The position numbers were made by a program, and so were the translations under genes. DNA of 64,000 bases from Eledone cirrhosa (lineage: Eukaryota), in NCBI GenBank assembly GCA_964016885.1, contig OZ024743.1, positions 289,540,001 through 289,604,000 of the forward strand. The letters are read 5' to 3'. The notes under the pieces were generated by a model, which saw only the letters and a list, made by a program, of their open reading frames with translations, had not been told where the DNA came from and did no database searches. Of this stretch, positions 41,373 through 56,776 are shown piece by piece (position 1 is the first letter of the stretch; the number at the start of each line of letters is the position of its first letter).

Positions 41373-43245
41373 TTAGGGCATTTCATGAATTTGTGATGTA
41401 TATGTTTTTAAAGTAGGAGATGCTTGTGAAGTATAAATCGCCCAATACAAAATATTTAGATTACGAAGTGGTAAACATTCAATTTTCGTGCAAGTGGAGG
41501 GACCAAGGACATGTTCATACAACTGTTAGAAATAATTGTCAAATGTCTCTCAAATCAAACTTGGGTCTCTCGTGTTGTCTCCCTGTTACATTCCTCTCAT
41601 GAATGTGTACCTGTAACCTTCCTCACCAAAGTGCAATCCTTTTGGAAAGACACCAGTTGACCATGCATTTAAGTCTTTTTTCTGCACGATGTTATCTAAA
41701 ATTAAAGCAAGGGCTGATAAAACCTGATACCAATAAGGCGGCTGGCGAACTCAGAATTGTTGAAATAAGTACGACAATGTATCACATTTGATGCTCTAAC
41801 AATTCTGTAATTCTAGATAGGTACTTAATTTATTGACCCTAATCGAAAAAAAGGCACCGTAGGACTCTCAAAATTCGAACTAAGATCGAAGGTAAGCAGA
41901 ACAAATATTGCAAGATATTTTATTCAACGTTATAACGACTTCCTCAATTGACCGCCTTCTTTTATATTTTTACAACAGTGCCATGTGATGTCGGGGTTCG
42001 AAGTCCCGCCAATCTAATTTATGAAAGATAAAGGACACATTAGTTACTGCCCCCCCCCCCCAAAAAAAAAAATAATACAAACATAAAATAAATAAAATAA
42101 AATATGGAGTGGTCAGAGATAGAAGGCCTTTGACCATATGTTTGCAGTAATCAGGGAATAAACGAACAATAGATATACCATTCCCTGTGGACAATAATAG
42201 ATCTCTAAAAGAACTGTAAAAATATCGAAGCATAAAGATATGGAAAAACAGAGATATCCGGAAAGTAAAAGATGAAAAAACATAAATAATATTAAAATGA
42301 TAGGAATTATGAACAATACTATATAAAGGATGTAGTTATGTATGTACATGTATATATATGTTTATATGTTCATGTATATATGTGAGTGTGTCTATAGATA
42401 GGTATATGTATGTATCTCTCTCTTTGTGTAAATATGTAGGTATCTCTCTCTGTATGTATATATATATATATATTCCAGCATTGAGCATACGAAAATATTA
42501 ATCCCACAAATACCCACATGATTATCGTTACTAAGAACACGGACAGGCACACACACGCACACGCGCACACACACACATACACAAACCAGAGAGAGAGAGA
42601 GAGAGAGAGAGCTGGACAAAGACGCACATACACACCAAACCTAATACGTCAGCGCACACTACTTATTTTCAAAGTAAGAAAAACTAGCGCGTTTATGTAG
42701 TAAAATCACGTCTAACTTTTATACCCATGATATATTGTCCTATAAACTCATATGTTCGAATATGAGTTTCTCATTTTATGGTTCTTGATATGATAAATTG
42801 AAATCGACCTCGGTTGATTTTGAAATGAATATCAAAATTACATAAATGAGTGAAACGAATGTCTTCAGTTGGTTTCGCCTATGAGTGTTACTGTTGTTCG
42901 TTCAATGGAACTGACTACTCGTGAAATCAACGTGTATTAATCTTAAATAAAGAGGTGAATTGGCAGAGCCAATTCGGATGGAATGCTTCCGTTTATTTTT
43001 TGCTCACACTCATTTCAAATCTTTCCGAGATCAACTTAGTTTCTTTTTCCCTTCAAGGTCGACAAACATATCAGTCCAGTAAAGAAGTCGATTCTTCCTC
43101 TATATCCCCAACACATTTCCCCCCCTCACTCTCTTTCTTTCTGGAAGGAATCGGCTGTCTTCACACATGGTGAGGGGATGGCTCTACCAGGTTTAAACTG
43201 CCAAAGATGGCACCACTACAACGCCATCATGAGTTATAGGGCCAA

Positions 43246-43515
43246 AAAACATTCCAAAAATTCTGCATCTAATAATTACATATACCTTGTACAGATACAA
43301 AGCATATGCACATGCACACATACAACTCAAAACATCCACATCCACACATACAATAACATCCATACTTGCACATACATGGATGCATGCAGACATGCAGACA
43401 TATCTACCTGGTTGATGTTGTGTAAATTCCAATGAGAGAGAGACTTGTATCTATGTTAGAAACCGACTCTCTCTCTCTATTGGCAAACATTTGTGAAATT
43501 ATTAAACCAGAAGAA
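43246..43515 (+). mobile_element. 3' fragment of the R4/Dong-like LINE
   Basis: Aligns with 2670-2925, ends at the same ...aaaccagaagaa and is followed by catacataca. Confidence 0.88.
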
Positions 43516-44551
43516 CATACATACAGTATTCCACAAACACGATAATATTTAATATAATTCTTAGTGAAATTCAACGTGACACTCCGATAAAGTTGTCCAA
43601 CTGATGGGCATTTTCTGTCGGATTTCGCTTTCATATCTCCTGTCGACCTGACGCTATGGTAAAATACATCTGCACAAGAAGATACATAGCGGGATGATAG
43701 CCGGTACCTCGTGGTTGTGAAGCTTACGTTTTACCCATTGAACCAGAAGCATCCACGTCGTAATTAATACAAGTATTTAGGTGTTCTTTATTTTACTGTT
43801 TCTTTCATCACATTGCTCTTTCCGAAAAAGAACCAGAATTTCATATATTGATATAAGGTTGGACATTTGTTTGAATACTCTATTGCCTATCATAAGGCTT
43901 TTATTAATAACAATTTCCCCATTCATGATATGCTATAATCTGCCAGAGTCTTTGCAGCTAGACTCTTCAAAGAGATGGTATACCATGTTTGGTCCCCACG
44001 TCCTTCGCACAATACAGCCAATATTCAGAAGCAGGTGGGTGGTAGAGTCGAACTTGACTGTTTCTTTATATTATCGACTCTGGGATTATGAAAAATAAAA
44101 AGTGCTGCGTTAGCAGTATCCGAACCATATACCACTCTTTTTAGGTGCCAAAACAATGCGGGCCGGGACTACTGCCAAATCTGCAAATCAATGAATAAAT
44201 AATACTTAATTTAGTAAAGCTTAACTTTCTTACAATTTAAGCTCCATTATTTCTGTTTCTTTTCATAACAAACAGTTCTTCTAAATCATGAGAAGAAAAA
44301 ACAAAAGTGAAGTTTAATCTTGAGGATACTTGAGTAATATTGAATCGAAAAGTAAAATTTGGCTAATCTCCAGAAGTATCTCAATCAATTCAAAGGATAT
44401 ATATTTCTTGCTTGAGGTATATTTCTATGACGATTGAACCAAGACTGTTCTCTAATCACTCATCCTACATACTTAACTCTTTAAAATGAAAGGAAAAATG
44501 AATGAAATTATCTATCAAGCAAATACTCCATATAAAGAAGCTACCTATCAA

Positions 44552-44601
<50 letters not shown>

Positions 44602-44729
44602 TAGATACATACAACTATGCCACCGCCAGATATCTACAAACACACATGCGTATATATATATATATATATATATATACGGCTATATAAAACTACACGTGTT
44701 AAACACAACACGTACATACACACACACAC

Positions 44730-44771
<42 letters not shown>

Positions 44772-46534
44772 GCCTATACACACACACACACACACACACA
44801 CATGTATATATGAAAGTAAGTATTCATTCAAATCCGATGATTGCCTCCAGCGTTACTCGAAGTTCGGGTCACAGAGATAAAGGAATTGATTTGGATTTGG
44901 ATCACTGTCTCTGTATTTCATATATTGTATTGTTGATAATAAGGTGACAAAGTTATAGATTCGTTCACGATCATTGCACTGCGTGAATTTTCTCTTTCAC
45001 CCTTTTAAGTTTGATGAGTAAAACTAGTCGACTTTTGAAGGCGGTTCTTTCTTTCATTCTTTCGAAAATCTAAATTGTTTTTCTCTAATATTTCCGGTAA
45101 CATACACACATACATACATACATGCGCTCATACAATCTCATATATATATATATATAAGTGTTATTACAATTTATCCGCTTCGCTCTGAAATTTTAAGCAC
45201 ATGGCACAGTTTCTGTTACTCGTAGAATTTAAATTTGCCTTAATTTGTATTAACACTCACATGCACTTACGTACTCACTCACACACATGTCAAGTTGACA
45301 ATGCTCTTTCTTCATTCATAATTATACTATATACCCTTTTGAAGACTTGAACTGTTGTGTGTTACATTTTTGACAACCTTGCATACTATAACACCTTTGC
45401 ATTATCATAATTTCAGAAGGCGATTTTGAAACACTTGAAGATGGTAAAAACTTCTTCTAGAATTAAGTTGAATAAAACTGCACAGCTACACAAATCTGTT
45501 TATTCCCCATATACTTTCCAGCTTCACAATATTTTGATTGAATCAAGGAAAGGTATTTATATATCGAAACAATGATATTTATCTATATATTCCCTCTTTT
45601 TTTGTACATCTATGAGAGGCATTTTTCTTTCCCCCTGCCATTATTTCCCCTTTCTCTTTCTTTCATTCTTGCTATCCCAAATTACTTCGTTGTTCGTAGG
45701 ATTAACTCTACTACTACTAAAATGACACTTTATCTATGTTTTTCTTTGTAAAACAACCCTGGATACCATATTGCTTTTCATTTATTCGTTTTTCCCATTT
45801 TTTTGAGGATTTCAAGTGTCAAATCCGGCGCCATCATCACACTTTCGAGATATCCTTACTTAACTCATATATGTTAGAAATACAAAAGCAAATAAACAGA
45901 TAAACATAATCCCCTTCTAAAAAATAAAACAAAAGAAATCTAGTGTGTTTATTCTCTACACAACTGAAAAATTGGTAGGTCGTATTTTCTTTTTCTTTTT
46001 CTCACAACATATCGTTTTTTACAACTGGAACAAGAAAACCCATATCTATCATAAGAAGTTAAACTCTGCTCTAAAATGCCTCCCATCCTCTAAAGCATGC
46101 AGGCGTTCTACTTGCTTGAATCAGTGTACCAATTTGAGTAGTTACTAGGAAAAACAAGACATAGATAATGGTAGTGTTGTATAGTCAGTTGTTCGGATTT
46201 TCGTTGCTTCATATTATGTTGAAATAAGTTAGCTGCTTTGTATTTGACGCTGCCAGATTCCTTGTTTTTTAATGCCAGATATTACCCCTGTTTGGGTAGT
46301 ACATTTAATCCGTCACTCAGTTTAATACCACTACTTTGCACTTAGGTGAATTTAGCGGAGTTAACTTTATTAAAACCATTTAGGGTAGGTTTTCATTTTC
46401 AGGAAAACATTGCACGATTAACACATTAAATTCGACGCTCTATTGATTCTGACGATTCAGTCTTTACGCCAAAATAAATAGCAATACGTTCTTTTTCAAC
46501 AAAAAATTCTACCTCCTTCAATTTATTTCACGCA

Positions 46535-46661
<127 letters not shown>

Positions 46662-48340
46662 GTATTTATATATATTGTTATAGCCCATCATTTGCCGATA
46701 GCTAGAACCAGAACTGCTGAGGTTATAACTTTGTTGAAGATGAAGACAAAAATAAGTAAATCTAAATAAAATAAGGTAAACGAAAGAAAACATAAATGTA
46801 GGAAAAAAAAATCCGCTAATAAAATAGTTGGTTATACTCCAAATTTACTAAGTGCCTTAAGCTTATGTTCAGAAAACAATGCCCTAGACAAAATGCACTT
46901 TATATCTTGCAAACAACCTGACCTGCTAGTAGTTAGGGAAAATCGTGAAATATTAGTGGGCTAAATATAGCTTCATTTCATGTTGAGCTAGAATGCAAAC
47001 ACGCAATAAATAATATAAAGTGAAAAAAATAAAAGCAAGTGATATGAAAAGAAAAATAAATTCCTTATTTACTCTCACTCCCTCACTCCACCTCTCTCTG
47101 TATGTGTCAGTTTGTGTGTGTAAATTGTATTTTCGTTCTGATAGGAATGTAGTATATTTTACCGATATTACTGACGGAGATAACTCAGTAAATAAATCCT
47201 TATTGATCGAAGGAAAGCAGTAACTGTGTTTGGCATAAACAATACAATAGCTTGTTTAATGCAATACTCTAAATTGTTCTTTTTTTTCTCTCTCACTCTC
47301 TCTATCTTCTTTCTAACTTATTTATTTTTATTATATTTCTTCTTGTAAAACCTGTCAAAATTGACCTACTGTTTCAACCTTGAAAATAAATAAAAGCCAA
47401 GGCGGAAGCTACATGTTAGCTCAATCTGGAAGAAATCATTTGCTTGCATTGAGTCAGTCAAGTATTTCAGTAGCTAAGTGACATCTCAACTATAGTGGCC
47501 AGGTGTATATATATTAACAGTAATTCACTTCGTGAACTTGGTAATCGTAGCCACTGATATCAAAAATGTTTCTCGATCCAGCATAGTGTGAATTTCACCT
47601 TTGGCCAATAAATGACTCATATTGCACATCTGAGATCTAGCTTTCTATGGCTTCAGCTGTGACCTTACCCTACATACCATAGGGAAGCCCATATTTGGTC
47701 CCAAACGGCTTATTTTCATATTCCCTGCTAACCACATTATCCCCCCTATAGACCACCCGGCCATCCCCTTGGTAGGAATATTTAAATGTTTTTCTGACCG
47801 TTCAGGTAGAAGGATTTGCAGTTAAATATGCTTGAAAACACATTCAATCATCTTAAAAATAATCAGAGAGCATTTGTTAATGTAGTCGCATATACACTGA
47901 CTGGAAAAGAAAAAGAGAGAGAATGATCACAAATGGAAGATATTTGATGAAGATTTTCTTCGACGAGGTCGGATGAACTAGAATTATTCCTAACACTGAA
48001 GATGATTATAGGCATTTACACAACCTGTTAGATTTAGGAGCGAAATATTCCTCAAATTATATCCGAGATATACTATGTTTGAAAGCGAAAAAAAAAGTAC
48101 TTATTACGAATCGAACAACTTTTATGGATTGAAATATCAACTGGAGATTAGTGTTGCTGATATTGTTGTTGTTTATGCTGATTTTAGTAATTAGAATACA
48201 GCCATGCTAGATCACAGCTTTGAAATGAGTTATTCGATCATATCAGAAGCACTACTTACTTTTTGAAACTCTTGTGCTTATAATTTCGTATCGATGAACT
48301 TCTAAATACAGGAACAAACGCAAATTTTAACACACACACA

Positions 48341-48403
<63 letters not shown>

Positions 48404-48967
48404 CCGTAATATTCATCTTATGTTTTATTGAGATATAATATATTTAGGACTATATTACCTATAAAATCCTTCATTTTAAAAATAGGTTTTATATGTGACA
48501 GTAGTTAGTTTCTAGCTAATCTAGCAACCACGCTTCCTTAATGATCTGTTTTAAATAATACGCTGTGTGATAGAGTGGCAGCACCTTGCTTGATTCTTTC
48601 ATGCAAAAAGGAAATAATATCAGTTTTAGTTAGTAAAGATACTAATTAACTCTGATAAGAGAGTGAATTAAAGTGACTTTTACCAAGATTCGAAACGAGA
48701 TAGTTGACATGACTATTCTTGAATTACAACTAATTTATATACCTAGCGAGATATTAAACAAGGTTACTAATTGTTTTTGTCTAGTACAAAGGTACATTTT
48801 CCAACGGTAGAAGCTTATTCGATTGAATCAATAAAGGTTATTTCTTATATTTATCTGTTTCGAACCCGGAGGGATGAAAGGCAAAATTAATCCAGTTGCT
48901 ATTTGGAATTGGTGCGCGGAAAATCGAAGCGAAATACACGACTTCATGCTTTCATTATAAAACAGGT

Positions 48968-49052
48968 GTATAATTAGGAATGATTAATTAAGCGAATGTA
49001 ATTAAGAAAATGCAAATTAGTATTGTGTAATTAAGAATGCAAAAGAAAATAT
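48968..49052. promoter_or_regulatory. TAATTA/octamer-rich block, duplicated at 56481-56535 (candidate cis-element)
   Basis: Four TAATTA sites plus ATGCAAAT (49010-49017); 48998-49052 vs 56481-56535 is 49/55 identical without gaps. Function is inference only. Confidence 0.25.
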
Positions 49053-49113
49053 AATACTAGAAAGTTGTTAGTAAAATTAAGCAAATATGTCGTTGTGATG
49101 TTTCAGATCACTG

Positions 49114-49218
<105 letters not shown>

Positions 49219-49722
49219 CGAGCCCAATAAATTGTCACTGGGAGCAATAACATCTAAATAAAATTTACCAATGCTCTGAATGATCACAGGCGCAACTGGA
49301 GTACTATTGTAGAGATATCTTGTGAAAATACGTTGACCTGTTCAGGGTATAGTGTATGAAATAGCCTTCGTTCTTTCTCTGTGTATCTTATAAGACAACT
49401 TATTTTAAAAGTCTAAATAGATGGAACATTTAGAAAAATAAGGCAACGGCAAAGGGTAGTGAATTGGCAATGTCATAGAGGCTTAGGATAAAATATCTTC
49501 CAGTATGGCTTCGGTTCTTTGTACTGCGAGTTTAAATGTCAGTGTGTTCTACCTGGGCGGTAGACGTAAATCATCATCCGGTTTATTATGACAATTTGAC
49601 GCATATGTTGCTTTAGTGGAGTTCAATATTTTGCAAGTATTTGGACCACCACCCCCAAAGGACATGAAAAGAGTAATAGGTACAATATATATATGTAATA
49701 TATATATAAATCTCTCTCTCTC

Positions 49723-49795
<73 letters not shown>

Positions 49796-50455
49796 ATATA
49801 TATATATATATATATTATCCTTATAGTATATATATATATATATATATAAATTATCCTTATAGTATATATATATATATATATATACATGTAAAGTTATATT
49901 TAAAATTGTTGGGTTACAACTAGTAAATATTTATAACTGATATAAAAGCACTCGACAAATATTTGGAGTATATTTACAATATTAAATAAATGGAAAACTA
50001 TATTTATAAAACCATATTTATTTCATTATATATATTTCGGGGATATCATATTAACAATATGCTATGCCTTCATCAGACAAAATACAATATAAACAGTTTT
50101 ATAGATAAATATATTCGACATACCGTAATAAACATCAACTTCATTTGGAGAGGTTTACGCTCGCAGTGAAAATACAGAGAGAAAGAAAGAGAGAAAGAAA
50201 AGAGGGAAAAAAGAAAGAAAGAAAGACAGAACGAAGAGAAGGAAGAAAAAGAAAAAGAAGAAAAAAGAAAAAGAAGAAATGCGTGGAACAAAATAGAGAG
50301 ATGGAAAAATAGATAAAGCGAAGAGCTTCATGTAAAGAGACAGAAAGATATATATATATATATAGAGAGAGAGAGGAAATAGAGATAGATACATATATAT
50401 ATATAGAAAATTAGGTAGTGGGAGGTCATTTTGAGTAAGTGTATCAATGATACAT

Positions 50456-50490
<35 letters not shown>

Positions 50491-50934
50491 GCTCAAGTAT
50501 TAATGTAAGGGAGAAATATAGAGAGATATAGAGAGATATAGAGAGAGAAACAATTTAAAAATAGCCAGACATATTCGAGGCGTAGAAAACCCTATGTTTT
50601 AATGTATTAGTATTTATAAAACTTACACTATACTGTAAATATCAGTATTCCTGAATGAAACAAGCATCCACAATGTGTGAAAATTCATCATCTTATGTTT
50701 AGTTTTAAAAAATTCATATGTTTATGTGACAGCTACAAACATCAATGTGAATCCAACTGATTCACTCCGCAAATTCTAAGTTACCGGAAAACATTCTCAA
50801 TGTGGTATAAAAATTTGAGCATATTATTATTCTTGCGATTACTCTACAAGATTATCTATCAAGCAGAAATAAAGAGCAGATTTCAATATACTAATCGAAA
50901 ATATATATTATATTATAAACAAAGATAACAATAA

Positions 50935-51129
50935 TAATAATTGTTTCTACTATTGGCACAAGGCCAGAAAATTACCCAGTACATTACTGGTACTTTATTT
51001 TATCGACCCCGTAAGGATGAAAGGCAAAGTTAACCTCGGCGGGATTTGAACTCAGAATGGCAAGGGCCGTAACTCTATGCGTCAAAGCATGGCGTCCGAA
51101 CCTCTACCGATACTGCCAATCCACCGCCA
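50935..51129 (-). mobile_element. SINE family 1 (full length)
   Basis: Reverse complement of consensus; aacaataataataa on both flanks (TSD-like). Confidence 0.92.
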
Positions 51130-51621
51130 TAAACAATAATAATAATAATAAGTAAAAATATATAAAAATATAGAATAGAAAACTAAAAAGATATTACGAA
51201 AGAATATTACATAATAAAAATATTGCATATTAAAAATACGTATTAAAAAATATTACGTATTAAAAATTTACATATAAAAATATTAAAAATAAAATAAAAA
51301 TAAAAATATTATAGAATACTACAATACTAAAAGAATAAAGATAAAAATAAAAATAAAAATAAAAATAAAAATAAAAATAAAAATAAATAAAAATAAAAAT
51401 GAAAATAAACCACAAAGAACAACCCTTCAAAGTTAATTGACAATATATTGCCAAGTTCATTACAAGACAAAGCCAAAAATTATCTATCAAATCACATCTA
51501 GCAAAGAATATCGCAAAAAAGGTTATGATGTCCAATAATGTCTACATATGTTCCTATATTTAATATAGAAGTTTATCTAGTGTATATATATATATATATG
51601 TGTATATATATATATATATAT

Positions 51622-51735
51622 TATAAGGATAAGGAACCAGGATTCAGTGTTGCATCATAACATTTAATAACATATTACATATGTTTCACTATCGATCAGC
51701 TCGAGGCAACATCCATTATAGATTGAACCCGACTA
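51622..51735 (-). mobile_element. Short microsatellite-flanked fragment, probable PLE pseudo-LTR end
   Basis: Minus strand gctgatcgatagtGAAACatatGTA...attaaa parallels gctgatcaatagtGAAACacgcGTC...aataaa at 11460-11498. Confidence 0.4.
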
Positions 51736-51755
51736 TCTCTCTCTCTCTCTCTCTC

Positions 51756-51821
<66 letters not shown>

Positions 51822-52079
51822 TGGCTGTCGTTTATTTATCTATTATTTCTTCATAGGTGCCTTTTAATCTTATAGCCTGGTTTAATTGGTTTTTTGAGTG
51901 GTTGATTATGCTAATTGGGAGAGGAAATGGAGTATATATCTTATCAAATGATTCTATGTACATAATTTATAGTATATTGCTCTGATTATTTAATTTATTA
52001 ATTCATCATTGAGCCACATTGTGAATGGTTGCCAAAGATATATATATCTATGACTTTGTCTAGTTTGTGTATATGTAAA

Positions 52080-53500
52080 TCTTTATATTTGATAATCTTT
52101 TAAAATTCATTATGAACCTTTTAATTTTCTTAAATTAATAATACTGAAAAACTTTTAACAAAACAAAAAGGAAGTACAATTTAAAATTAAAGAAAAAACA
52201 AAACATTTTGTCAAAATCATTATTTATTTTTATTTTAATCATCATAAATAATGTAATAAACAATTTCTAATTTCTAAATAATTTTTCGTGTTTTTTTGAA
52301 ATTAAAATTCCTATTTATCTATATGATTCATTTATATCTTTTATAATTTAATTTAATTTCGATTTCAATTTCAATTTCCATTTAAATTCCAAGTATTTTC
52401 ATATATTTCACTCTTATTGTTTTAAAAATTGTTCATTAAATTATGGACAATTTCTACAAATTCCTAAATAATTTTATTTTTTAATCATAATTTTTTGTTT
52501 TTATTTTATTTCATTTTAACCAATTTCCGTATAATCAATTTTACATAATTTCTAACAATTTCCAAATATTATTTCTTAAATGTAATTAATATTTCATGTT
52601 TCAATTCAATTAATTAGATTTAATATATTATACTGACATTTATATCTTTGTATTTGTTTTCAATTAATTTAAAATTGAATTTATGCTTAGGTTTTTCATT
52701 TATGTTTATCTTAAAATTATGTTTTTATAATTTCATTCTATTTCCATGAATTTCAATATAATTTTAAACCATTAATAATTTAATTTGAAATGTTTATATT
52801 TGTATTTAAATAACCTTGAAATTATTTTGATTTTAGATTTTTCATTTATAGCTATTTCAAATTCATATTTGTAAAATTTAATTCAATTTCACTGAAATAC
52901 AATGCAATTCTACATTATCCATAATTGAATTTAAATTACTTCTTCATATTTTTGACAGATCAAATAATATTTTAAATTTAAATTTTCTGTATATATTTTA
53001 AAATATATATCTATTTTAATTTTGTATTGATATAAATTAATATTTTTATAATTTCTAAATATCTTTCAATGAATGTTTTCATTTTTTTTACTCATTTTTA
53101 TATTTTTACATTTCTTTCAAATCTTTCTTTATTTTTAATATAGTTTTCCTAATATTTTAAAAATATATATATACAATATCTTTTATGTTTTAATTATTTT
53201 TTAAGGATTTGTTTTGTTAATTTAGGATTGGTTTTCATAATTCTATCTAACAATTTATATTATGTATTATTAAAAATTTATTTTTCCTCTACGTATATTT
53301 TTTAAATATTCATTCGATTGTTAATCTAATTACATTTTATTAAAATTTACATTATTTCATCTTTAATTAAAAATTTTAATTTCATTTTACCTTAAATTTA
53401 TTCGGAATTATTTTAGGAGCTTAAAAATATAAAATTTTGTTTTTAATTATAATTTTTTTGTCCATTCATAAATAAACTTTTCATGTGATTCATATTTGAT
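52080..53500. other. Extremely AT-rich, non-microsatellite block
   Basis: Very few G/C over 1.4 kb, T-rich on the plus strand, no tandem period. Confidence 0.75.
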
Positions 53501-53515
53501 TATCTAATTGTCAAG

Positions 53516-54149
53516 GTGATCGGGTTTATGCAGTCAGTAAATTATTCTCTCCACCTCGCAAGGATGCACCTCTCTGAAGTGAAGAATTCCAGACGCATTC
53601 CTGAGAGCAGATATGGAGGAGGGTTTCTTATTATGAAGTCAGCGGAGGGTCTGCCAGAACATTTTATTTGCTGATCTGAAGTCGGATTCCAGCTTAACCC
53701 CAAAGTTCTCGCATGTCTTAACGTTGGACGCCTTTATTGTCTCTGCTGTGATTCTTCGTGTCTGCTTGCACTACAAGTGCAAAAGGAAGGACTTATTTCC
53801 AAGTCAAGGTTTGTAAGTATCCTTCTGTGCTAGGATATCATCTTTGACCTCTTGATTGAACGAATGTGTCCTCGTGCCATCCAGCACAACAGCAATCCTC
53901 TTTCGCTCGCAGCATTTAACAGCTTATGTAGAAACTGCTGAGCTGAACAATCTCCACTCTATCTCAATGTCCTCTGTTTGCTTTGGGAATTCTTTGAATT
54001 TGGATGCAATAGTAACTGCATACATGGTCCTGATTTCCTTATCCACCAATGTTTCCCGCTTTATCCTCTAGGTAGACTTGGACCTGCCAGTTTTGTGGGC
54101 TTCCTTGGCTTTAGTTAGTCTCAAGTTGCAAATAACTAGATGGTCTACG
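53516..54149 (-). mobile_element. Inverted 5' segment of the RTE LINE (end of the APE domain and linker)
   Basis: Minus-strand peptides DHLVICNLRL, TEDIEIEWRLFSSAV, SDFRSANKMFWQTLR and ILARWRE*FTDCINPIT. Confidence 0.85.
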
Positions 54150-55685
54150 CCCGATCACAATAACATCTTCTGATGTAGAGGAGGTGCATTTGGGAGCACT
54201 GATTAATCTCTCAGAAGCTGAGGTCACAATAGCAGTTAAAGAGCTCAAATGTAGCAAGGCCGCTGGAGAAGACTAAATGAGGCCCAAGATGTCAAAAGCC
54301 TTAAATAGGGAAGTAATTATCTGGTTGATTCGTGTGTGCCGGGTGACCTGGATCTCTGGAAAGGCACCTAAGAAATGGCAGTCGGGAGAGATAATACCAA
54401 TCTTCAAAAAGGGAGGCCAAAGTGAGTGTATCAATTACAGAGAGATGGCAAAGAGATGCAGGGAGATTTTCGAGTTCAAGCTAACTGAGGAACAGTGTGG
54501 TTTTCGCTCCAGTCGCAGCAGAGCCGACCAAATATTCATACTGTCGCAGCTCTTCGAGATATATTTTTCCTTTGTCGAACTTGAAAATGTATATGACTGC
54601 TTTCTTCGGGACCTTCTGTGGAAGGTTCTGCAGCGTATGGGGTCGATGGGCAGCTCTTTGCTGCCCTGACGTCTCTATATGAGTGCCCAAGTATAAATGG
54701 TGCTAAATCGAAACCATTCAATGCAAGATTCGGGTTTTGCCACAGGCCGCGTACTGTCACCTCACCTGTTCATTATTTACATGAACAGGATTAACATGCG
54801 CAGCAGGTAGAAGTGGTATCACGACTGTCGGGTATAAAATCAGTGGGCTGGAATTTGCAGACGACAAGGTGCTACATAACTCGACAGAAGGTAATCTCCG
54901 ACATGCACTCGATAAGTTTCATGCCAAGTGCTGCATGGCTGGCATGAACATCAGTGCTGTGGAATCTAAGACTCTCCTCCACTCAAGGAAGCCTGCGCAG
55001 TGCACATGGAATGTAAATGTAGTTACAATGAAGCAGATAGGGAAGTTCAAGTATCTCGGGTTCGTTTTCACGAGTGAAGGAAGGCAAGAGGCTGAATTAA
55101 GTGCAAGAATTGTAGGCGCTGATGCAGTAATGCATCAGTTTCAGCACTCAGTAAGCAGAAGAAGGAAGTTAAATGTATAAGACAAACTCGCTGTTTTCAA
55201 TTCGGTATTCGGGCCAACCATTACCTATGGTCATGAAACCTGGGTAATGACCGAAAGAATACGGTCGCTAATGCAAGTGGACAAAATGAGATTCCTCCGA
55301 AGGGTTTTTGGAGTAACGTTATTCGATACAGTGCGTAGCTCGCAGAACAGAGAGTCACTCTAGTTAGAGTCGCTACATCTCCCAATTGTGAGATCACATA
55401 CTATGGGCATGTTGTTAGAATGTCCCAGGAAAGAATCGCTGGGCAGAATCTTTGGGAAAATCCAAACGACAGGAGACCTCTGGTTAAATCATGAGCATAT
55501 GGTTGGATAACATCAATGAGCTTGGCTGGTTTCACCTGGCGATCCAGCCGGATCAGTTGGAGACGGTTGCTTCTGTCCGGATTTGCTGGAAGGAGTATTT
55601 GAGGACTCTGCTTCTCAAGACCATCTCAGTAATATTGGGTGACGAAGAAGAAGAAGAAGAAGAAGAAGAAGAAGAAGAAGAAGAA
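54150..55685 (+). mobile_element. RTE-clade LINE, decayed RT domain through the (GAA)n tail
   Basis: KAAGED, W.SGKAPKKWQSG.IIPIFKKG...CINYR, EEQCGFR...DQIFIL.QL, LEFADD (54848-54865), FKYLG, TYGHETW, YGHVVRM; (GAA)n at 55644-55685; stops and frameshifts. Confidence 0.93.
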
Positions 55686-56666
55686 AACTTTCTTTACGAC
55701 CGAAAAATGATAAAAATCAAAATTGTCTGTTGGGACTTGAACTCAAAACTCACAGTGCTAGAATTGAATACTGAAAATGCATTCCGATGTTCTAAAACCC
55801 TGACAATTCACCACCTTAACTGTAATATGATCAGCGCTTAAAATATTCACGTGAGACTAACTGAGTATTATATTATATTCTGTTTTTTGTTATTAGGCTT
55901 CTGCAGTCCCAGGGTACAAACGCTAATGGGTTTTAGTTAATGATATATACCATATGTACTGGTTTTTCAAAGCTGCTACTATTTTCACAAATGGTTAGGG
56001 AATATAAACAATGCCTTCTTTATTTAATGACAGCGATTTCTTTAACGCAAACACTGATACACACACACACATATGTACTACGTGTAGCTTGCAGTTTAAA
56101 ACTTTCATTCACAACGCAGTGGTTAACGTAAGGTATAGAAAAAAAAACGTTTGCTCAATGTGCCACTTGCTTGCGAAGTGATCTTCTTAACAAACAACTA
56201 TACCAGCAAATATGTTTAATGTACGTAAACAAAATTAAGTTGTGCTAATGCTATCGCTAATTCATATATGAAATGCACATTTCTAGTTTTGGCAATGTGT
56301 ACAGATGAAACTATATATTGCTTGATATTTATCTAGTTTAGCATGCTTACGCTTCTACAAACACGCCGCTCAGTAAAGCTTGATGTATCGATAAAGATAA
56401 TGAAAGAAAATAAAAAAGATGGTTTTTCTTGGTTTCGTTGAACGTCTTTAGTGTAATTGGAAATTCCTAATGAAGTATTCGTAATTAAAAATATGTAAAT
56501 TAGGATTATGTAATTAATAATGCAAAAGAAAATATTTTCAGGAATTGCAGATATTCAAGTTTCACATGACGTAGTTTTGTGTTCTCACAATCTCTCTCCC
56601 CCACCCTCACTTTCTCAACTCTCCGACGCAATCAGACATTGTCTCCCTCTCTTCATCTCTATCTAT

Positions 56667-56776
<110 letters not shown>

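Noticed and set aside
52080-53500. Nuclear mitochondrial insertion
   Set aside because: No recognisable mitochondrial gene, tRNA or rRNA motif by eye; not fully excluded without BLAST.
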